DNA of 64,000 nt, taken from assembly GCF_009914755.1 (NCBI RefSeq), contig NC_060931.1. The stretch is one strand, 5' to 3'. Position 1 is the first letter of the stretch; the number at the start of each line of letters is the position of its first letter. The translations under genes were made by a program, and so were the position numbers. The notes beneath the pieces were generated by a model, which had not been told where the DNA came from, made no database searches, and saw only the letters and a list, made by a program, of their open reading frames with translations. Positions 55,128 through 64,000 of the stretch are shown here, one piece after another. The stretch is from the human T2T-CHM13v2.0 reference genome, Homo sapiens.

Positions 55128-56814
55128 CTATTTTATTCCCAACCTCAGTTTTCACTCTATAATATGGGAATAATACCTATGCTCAAGGCCTAATGTGAGG
55201 AATAAATAAAGTTATGTATTTACAATGCCTGGCATCCAGAAAGCACTAAAAATGATAGTTTTCTTTTTTATTTTTCTCTTAGAAAAATAAACAGATTTAT
55301 GATAGGCATTACTAGTAGTATACCAGAAAATCTACAGTAAAAATACTGCAGAGATAGAATTACTTCACCTTTGGACTGAATGACAGAATCAGGCATTTGC
55401 ATGCCTTGTTGTCCAAGCATGCGGCTTAGTTTTGCCCTTTGCACACAATAGGAATCTCACATGCTGGATAAAAATGCATTACTAAACAAATGTACACTCT
55501 ATGTAAGCCTAAACATAAGTGATTAATACACAGCAAATGTCGTTCAGATGAATTGTTTCAATCAAATAAAAATATATCTGGAGCAAAGCCTCATTCCTCT
55601 TTATGCTCTGGGTGTTTCTTGCCTACACAAAATACCTTTTGAAGTCAAAGAGGGTGCCTCATATGGATGTCTTATAGGATGGGATACCTAAGGAGAGAAG
55701 AATTATGAGATTAAATACTAGACCTGTGTGTGTTTTGTTTTGTTTTAAGGAATTAGCAGGTATTCCATGCAAACATTGTTTCTTACAGGGCTGAGAACCG
55801 GGTTTTATAGTTACCCTAAAGAGCAAAACCCAAAGACTCCACATAAGTATTATGCAATGCCCCTTTATCTGCAGGTGGTCTTCCTCAATGTGACCTTACT
55901 TTATTCAAACATATTAAACTGTTTTAGAATTGTTTTTGTCCATAACTTATATAATATATCCTCTCAGAAAAAAAAAATCCTACGTTGAGTAGACAAAAAA
56001 TAGCATCTCACTTTCATTCCAAGAAAATAGGAGTAGACAAATCCGGGTTAGTAATTAACAAAAATAAAAGCTTCCCTCAACAGCTGTTCACACCCCTGCC
56101 CCATTCTAGAGAGCACAGGCAGAACAGGCCCAAGAGGAAAGATAAAACAGCTTAAGCTGGATTTAAAATAGTGTGCAGCAATGTTTAAGGCTTTTTCTCT
56201 CTCCAGCCAGAAAGCAGTTGGCAGAAAAGGGAAACAAACCCAACATATATAGTCAAGCACAAATGTGTTTATTGAAGGTCCTCAGAACATTCCACTACAC
56301 CCCTGGGAAGCCCTACTAAAGCATGATGAGCCATAAAGCCTATGCTCAGAACACTACTAGTTTTCCCAACTGGGCTCCATCTTTTCAGCTTCTCAGCTCT
56401 GGGCAGGTGGGTGAGCAGCTTACTACAAATCTGCCTTGAATTACCCATAGATTTGTAACCAAATCCAGGCTGGGCTATACCATAGCTATATGACAACATA
56501 TTAAGTTACACCTAATGAACGGGGCTTCCCTTTTATATATGATCCGAGTGTTTCGCAATTTAGATCCAGGAGATTGCTGAGTGTATAACAAAATGTAGTG
56601 AGTGGGCAGAAAACAACGGTCAGAATCCAAAATGAATATTAGGACAGGGTGGCTGAGGTGACTGGAAGATATACATCAGTAGAATAAAGGAGTGATATGG
56701 ATGAGAAAGAAGAGATGAAAGGATATTGTCATAGTGATTATACCTGAAAGAAAATCTTTTAAATAAGAGTTTTCAAATGTTACTTTCAAGGCCAAAAAGG
56801 ATGAAAATTATCCC

Positions 56815-57060
56815 AATAGCTATAATTTATCACTGCCATGTGCCAGGTGCTTTTCTAAGACGCATGACATATATTAATGTACTTTGTCCCCACAACAACC
56901 CTGTGAAAGGAAAATCATTATTATCATACCACTTCTACAGACAAGGAAACTGAGGCACAGAGAAGTGAAGGTCACACAGCTAGTAAATAGCAGAACCAGC
57001 TAAAGACGCAGTTAGTTGTGCCCAGAGCCCACTTTCTTGAAGACTTCACACACTGCCTTT
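56815..57060 (-). mobile_element. MIR SINE
   Basis: CACAACAACCCTGTGA...ACAAGGAAACTGAGGCACAGAGAAGTGAAGGTCACACAGCTAGTAA. Confidence 0.8.
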
Positions 57061-57780
57061 CAATAAGCAAAGCTAGGGACCTACAATTCTTGGCTTAGCC
57101 CATGTATTAATAACACATGCCTGTGTCTGGGTCTCTTAGTTACACAAGGAAGCAAGGACCCCAGGGTCGCATGGTGGTCCTCCCTAAACTCCCAGCTTCT
57201 GAACATCACCCCATCACCACACACAGGAGGAAACAAGCTCTTTTTCAGGCCGAGGTGGGTATAAGGTATGGTTTATGAAAAGGTCCTATTTGGTCCTTTC
57301 TGTTTGACCCACTATTAAGCTTCCATAAAGCTTCCTAGTAAAAGAAAAGCTTCCATAATGAGAAATTCCCCATGAGGGCAAACCTGTCATTCTCTCAGGC
57401 CAGATCGTCATGGAAACTTTTATGAAGAGGAGCCCAACACTCAGGTCTTCAGGCAGCAAAAGACTCCATGCAGTTGTTCCATTGTAAAATTATACCAATT
57501 TATTCATTGCAACAAGTGAGGCAATGGCACGAGTTTCTTTTACTGATGAACAGAATTAAAACATAATGAGAGGAACACAGTCAGAATTTAATTCGTCCAA
57601 CCTCACGCCACTCAGCTAGCCCACGTCCTGCAGTCTTCCAACAGCCCAAACAATGCATTTGAAAAATAGGAATCACTGGACCAGAATTATAAAATAATTT
57701 TGAGTTGGAAAAAATGCATTACTCTTTAAAATAATACTCAGACATCTTAGTAAAAATAATAATAGTCTTATATTCTAAAA

Positions 57781-58073
57781 CAGAGTCAGCAAACTATAGC
57801 ACTTGCACCAAATCTGGCTTGCAACTCAAAGCTAAACATGATTTTTGCATTTTTACATGGTTTTAAAAAACAATCAAAGGAAGAATGGGATATTAAGACA
57901 TGTTAAAATTCTATGAAATGTAATACATAATGCATGTAATACATACTGTTTTATTCGAACATAGACACGCTCATTCATTTACTTATTGTCTCTGGCTGCT
58001 TGCACGCTACAAAGGCTCACAGTCTAAAATATTTACTATCTGGCTCTTTATAGAAAAAGTTTGTGGACCCCTT
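57781..58073 (+). mobile_element. MER58B-like hAT-Charlie MITE
   Basis: TIR-like ends CAGAGTCAGCAAACT...AGTTTGTGGACCCCT, with TCTAAA on both flanks. Confidence 0.85.
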
Positions 58074-60909
58074 TCTAAAGTGATAAATGATAAATATATT
58101 GCCCTGACAAATTTCTCACTGACGAATTGTGGAATTGTAGTTTTTAATTATTAGAAAATAGTGAAGCATTTTGTGACTTATCTCAGTAATTAATTTCTAA
58201 AAAACCAATTCTAAATAGACATTGCAGCTTATTACTCATTCTAACGATAAGTTGCAAGTCCTTAATTGTTCCAAGGGGTGTGTTTTCTCTTACACTAAAA
58301 TGATGTATGACTGATACAAACCAGGAAATTTCTTCAAACGCCTGAGTGAAACAAAGCAGAAAACATCCCATGCACATGCATATTCACTTGGCAGGAACAT
58401 TTTGCTGCTTAGCTTGAAACCAAAACAATGAAAGCTAGTAAAGACAGAGCACGTGGACTTCTGTTACTGCCTCTTGCTTATTCCAGAATCCTTAATCCAC
58501 AGAAATTTTTTGTGTAGCTTTTCATTAAGCATTTCAAAAGGAAAACAGGGGAATGGACTTCTTTTGAAAATGTATGATTTGTTGTTCTTTATGACCACCC
58601 TTTGACAGTGGCTAAGTCGTGTATTTATATTTCTCTTTTAAAAAAGGAATATGTCACAGGATTTTACTGTCTTTCTGACCTTTTATATTTCTTGTGCTCA
58701 ATATATACTTGTAATGTCCTGCAGTCTGCAGATCCACTCTGATTCTCATCCATGCTGTTCCCAAAACACATACCTCTAGAATTCTTCCAAATCTGGCATC
58801 GTCATTTACTTCGAAAGTTGCTCCCTAAGCAAAGGCTGGAAAAATATAAAACGGACTCACCAATTATTATTATTCAGGCAACTCCTAGGACTTTATAAAT
58901 GTGCTGTAATAAATTAACTTTGTTATCTCCCTGAGTTACGTAGAAGTTTTAGTTGTATTCAAATGCTAAACTAAGCCCCACATTCTTCATGGGGGGTAGT
59001 GGCAAGAAAGAAGTCCTCCACTGAGGGCCTGGGAATATGTGGTGCAGTCTCAGGTCCTCTGTGTACGCACTCTATAAACTGTGGAAAAGTATGGAAACGT
59101 TGCCATAGTTTGAACATGTATGAACAAAATATGAATTAGGACCTTGAATAATATGTTCTACTCTTATGTCAAATTCACATTGTTCAAATATGCTCTACCG
59201 TTTTGCAGAATTCTATGGAGACATCTTTCTTGTGATCTTAATCAGAAAATAATTTATGACTCATAGATCCCAAAGACTCCTTTAGACAAGTTTGGGAAGC
59301 TGTGCTGAAGCTCAATCAACATCTTTAAAAGCTGTTCTAAAACATAGTTACGAGGAAATGCAATATATTTTTCCCAAACAAAATAAAAAATTTTTGTCTC
59401 TCCCATTCAACCACTTCAAGGGATATTTACTTTAGTCCAGAAATATATTAGTTAATTTTTATAAGCAGTTTTTAAAAGAAATAGGCCTGTAAGAAAATTT
59501 ATTTAGCCAACAAAAATTTTTCCTGGTTCTACTTGAGGTACTAATGCCACTGTTTGCCTTTGCTAGTCGTTACCAGCTCTATCTGAGTCAAAGAAGAGAA
59601 ATATCTCTCTACCACAAATCCCAAAAGGAATAAAAAGTGGGGAGAGGCAGAACATATTTAATTAGGCCTAGGCCTGTTGCCTGATTTTCATTAGGCCCCT
59701 GCCTGACTCTGATTTGGCCCACTATAAGTCCTTTTAGGCCACTGGGCATGAAGGCCAGTGCTTATTTTCATGGCTGTTTCAATTCATCAAGAAAATCCTT
59801 TGAAAGATGAAAGACACTCCACATTTTTTCACCTGTTGTTCTTTCTTATGTGCCTGTCACTTCACTCGCCAAACTCGCTTCAAGCCAAACCAAATGCTTT
59901 CCAAACCTCTACAGTATGCCTTTGAAGATCTTAAGTTAAGTATTTTCTTATGCTGACCAGTATAGCTTCCAAATAAGGAATAAAAAAATAACGTAGTTCT
60001 TAAGTTATTTTTTTAAAAAATACCAGAAATGTAAAAACACATTCCAGTAAGTGGATAAAAGCAAAATTCCACTTCCCCAAGTTTAGAAGTCTTGAGCCAA
60101 ATACACCTGATGTTCATTACCACACCCACAGCACATTGCTAATGTATGACAAAGTTCCAGCAAAGACCATATGCTGTTTTTATTATTGCCACTTCACAAG
60201 TTTTCCCAGGCTCACTAGAAAAAGTATTCTACAAGACCAGCCCACTGAGTGGGCTCATCTTACTACACTGATGAAATTTAGTCTGTTATTTACCTGATTA
60301 GCAATAAATATCTCTCTTTATTGCCAACAACACAGCAATTAGGGCCCTAATCTGTCACCACTACCTTCAAGTTTTGGCTTTCATCAAAAGAAAAGGAATT
60401 TGCCAAGAAGGAAAAGCACAGCTCTACCTTCAAGCTAAAAATAGTTCTGTCTTCTAGACAATATACACTTTCACACGGCTCCAGCAAACCTTGCTTCAAG
60501 CAGCCTACAAAGGATATATCAGGAGAAGTACACAATAGTCCCTAGTTTTAGGTACTGGTTTAGCCAAAAGATGCAAACAGGCAAAAGCTGATACAGAAAA
60601 GCCAACCCGGGTGATATAAGAGGAAATGAAATCTCTAATCCATTGATACTTTTTGAGGGGATCAAAAATAGATAAAACAAAACCACTGGACATATAGTCA
60701 ATGTATCTAAATTTCCAGAAACTTTTTATAAGCCTGTCTACCAAAGGCTTTATTAAAAAGTTGTTATGAAGGTTACATTACATATTTATTCTTAGGCAGA
60801 AAACCAACTAAAAAACAAAGAACAAAGTAGAGGCAATTCCCTAGGTGGATCCTATTTAGCATCGCCATAGACTATCTAAAAGATGACAGTGATGATTGCC
60901 ATTACCATT

Positions 60910-61080
60910 ATAATTACTTATTATAATTATTTCATGTCCTATATGCTATACCAAGCACTTTATGTACATAATCATTAGGTAGGTAATATTATCTTTATTT
61001 TACAGAAGAATCTGAGGTTCTGAGATGTTAGGTAACTTGTCCAAAGACACACTGTTAGCAAGTGATGCCAAACTGAGGGT
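60910..61080 (-). mobile_element. MIR SINE
   Basis: ATTTTACAGAAGAATCTGAGGTTCTGAGATGTTAGGTAACTTGTCCAAAGACACAC. Confidence 0.7.
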
Positions 61081-61106
61081 AATCAATTAAACTAATTCAC
61101 CAGTAA

Positions 61107-61507
<401 letters not shown>

Positions 61508-62804
61508 TAAGGCCTAGCAAATAAGAAAGAAGTAATGGTTCCCTTACCTCAAGGGGACTAGAAATTTGTCAGGGATCAGTTCAATTCTTTCTCACTCTTG
61601 ATGTGTATCAAATGTGAGAAAAGTTAATTCATTCAATGGATATCTAGTATAAGTACCTACTATGGACCAGGCAGTATATGTATATCCTAAACTTGATTGT
61701 GGAAAAGAAATTAAATGATTTGTCCATATCTACCAGAATGCTCCATCTGCAGCTCAAGTTTGCCCAGTTCTCATCAGCCTATGGGAACAAATAAGGTCGC
61801 ATTAATCAGCTAACCCAGATTTCATGGCTTTCCGTGGGATGCAGCCATCAATCAAGTACTGTCCAAGTAGCTCTGGTAAATCCCTGGGTGCATCTCACCT
61901 GTGATAATGAACAAGACTTGTCAGATACCATGTGGCTTCCAATTCCTCTTGCCCTTTTCCAACCCTCTCCATGGACATTGTTGGAACTGGAAGATAAGCC
62001 CTTTCTCTTTAGATTGTATTACATTCTGTTAGAGAGATCTCCAAGTAATCTTACTGGTACTTCCAGTGTCCAACAGTTTGAGCAAAATAACTCATTTAGT
62101 ATTCATTTATAGCTTTACCCTCAACTCTCTGAAAGACTGAGACACGATCTAAAGGGAGGCCAGAAATGGAGACAAACCTGAGTCATAGACACCACACCAT
62201 TCTCAGAATAGCCTCCCTCCTCTGATTAACAAGGCTTGTTACTGGATCAAGCTGTCACCCCTAACTTCCTCACCCCTTATAATAATTATCTCCCAGGATG
62301 ATCTTAAATCCTTTTACAAACAGACTTCTGACAGGCTCTGCCCACCAGTAATTATAACATGTTCAGAACATGGCTGAACATCAGTGGGAGCCACTGTGTA
62401 GGTTTATTGCCATGTTCAAACACCCACTCCCCAACACATACACCCTTTACTAAGAAACAAACACTTTGAGGGTGAAAGGGGGTGCTAAAGATGAAATTAA
62501 ATTATCCTTGCATTCTGATATGGCTTATTTGGGAGCTTTGATGGGCAGTCAGGATAGAGCATACTTTCTGGGTAGATAGACCACCAAGAGACAATGATCA
62601 GGGTCAATACAAGAACAGCCTGTGTAGAATTACAAGGATAAATTAAGTTCAGGCAGATTGGCTCTAAATGGAGTTTTAGTGGATGAACAGGAATTATCCA
62701 CAAAAAGCACAAAGCATTACAGATCTATTTTCATGGCCACTAACAGAGTATAACTTTAGGGAGTGTAAGTCCAACTTCCTCATATCTGAAAACAACAGTC
62801 TTCT

Positions 62805-63294
62805 GACACAGACAGTTGGTGCCTCACCCATATTCCCTGACCCACTCCTATAGCATTGGTTGCCTATTGCTTTGGCAGACAGTCCACTTCACAAACCAAT
62901 GAGTTCCTACCTCAACCATTTGTGTCTCTTTGACTCTGGACTTCCTCTGCCTGAAGAGCATGTGCTGCCCATATCCAGGTAGGCCATAAATAGTGGGGAG
63001 TTAATTCCTCCAGACACAAACTTCAACCCATAAAAGATGGAAAATGGTAAATAAATGCCCTAGCTTCCTTACCCCTTGTAGCAACTACAGTTTCTTAGAG
63101 GGTCTCCAGCAGGATTGAGTCCCAGGTACCCATGGTGGTAACCACTCCTGAATGCACTCTCTGTTGAGTTTTCACATGTCTCCATCCCATAATCCTACTC
63201 CTTCATGGTGCTTCCAGGGACCCCTTCAAAAATAAACTACTTGCCCCCAAATCCTTGTTTCAGGGTCTGATTCAGAGAGAATCCAAACTAAGAC
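62805..63294 (+). mobile_element. LTR16-like ERVL LTR
   Basis: GAGGGTCTCCAGCAGGATTGAGTCCCAG...AATAAACTACTTGC...CTCAGGGTCTG-like...AAACTAAGACA 3' end. Confidence 0.75.
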
Positions 63295-63673
63295 ATTTTT
63301 TTTTCTATAAGAATTCTCTCAAATATGAATTAACCCACTGTGCTTCTCCACAATAAAACAAAGAGTTTTAAAGAAAGGAAAACTAATTTCAGAAGCTTGA
63401 GAACCTTACCTGTACCCAACTTCATCATCTAAAAAGTGACTTAAGTTCAAGGCTAAAAGAAACACAAAAGCTTCCAGGCAGGTTCCCATTGCAGAGAAGA
63501 AAGCTTGAGTTTCTCAGGGCAGGTAAAGGGAGAGAAAGAGGAACCTCTTCTTCTCAATTTTATCCTCACTTTGAATGCAATGCAAACAAAAGACACAAAA
63601 TAAAGGTCACCTCTGAGAAGAGCATTACAAACAAATCTGAGAACATAATTCGACTTTTCAAAATCAAACTATA

Positions 63674-64000
63674 GGGCAGGGCCAAGATGGCCAACTAGAA
63701 GCAGTGGCGATCCAAGTTTCCCATCAAAAAGAACCAAAACAGCATCTGAATCCTGTATAGCAACTGAGGTATCCAGGTTCTGTCATCAGGACTGACTAGG
63801 CAGCTGGCGTGACCCACAGAGAGGAAGGAAGAGCAGTGTGGTGCAGCAGCCCACCTTAGAGCCACATGGGGAAGGGCAACCCCCATCCCCAGCCAAAGAA
63901 GGCGGTGAGTGAGTATGCTACCCAGCCTGGGAAACCATGCTTTTTCCATGGAACCGTGCAACCCACACATTGGAAGATCACACTCGTAAGCCCATCACCA
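63674..64000 (+). mobile_element. 5'UTR of an older primate L1 (L1PA8A-L1PA11-like), running off the window end
   Basis: GGGCAGGGCCAAGATGGCC contains the YY1 motif typical of L1 5' ends. It is followed by GAGGTATCCAGGTTCTGTCATCAGGACTGACTAGG and GGCGGTGAGTGAG. Confidence 0.85.

Overview
This is primate (human-like) nuclear genomic DNA. It is AT-rich, CpG-depleted and dense in interspersed repeats: AluY/AluJ, L1PA/L1MA/L1MB-ME, L2, MIR, MaLR LTRs (MLT1, MST, THE1), ERVL-type LTRs (MLT2, MER21, LTR16) and hAT MITEs (MER5, MER20, MER45, MER58). It reads as a long intron or gene desert. I see no intact protein-coding gene, RNA gene, CpG island or CRISPR array, and I cannot name a host gene. The long ORFs in the track are pieces of LINE-1 ORF2 or spurious ORFs in repeats. 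The main observations are: (1) a heavily decayed Ty3/Gypsy-type pol fossil (RNase H plus integrase motifs in the correct order) on the minus strand at ~42.9-48.7 kb, broken up by four younger LTR insertions whose TSDs allow it to be rebuilt; (2) a candidate 10-nt minus-strand microexon at 34751-34760 with neural-microexon-like signals, plus two other minus-strand exon candidates; (3) an old L1 3'-transduction inside an MLT1B LTR; (4) a nested fold-back inverted duplication at 52.2-52.5 kb. Repeat subfamily calls are by-eye matches to remembered consensus sequences, and boundaries of old repeats (MIR, L2, L1M) are approximate.
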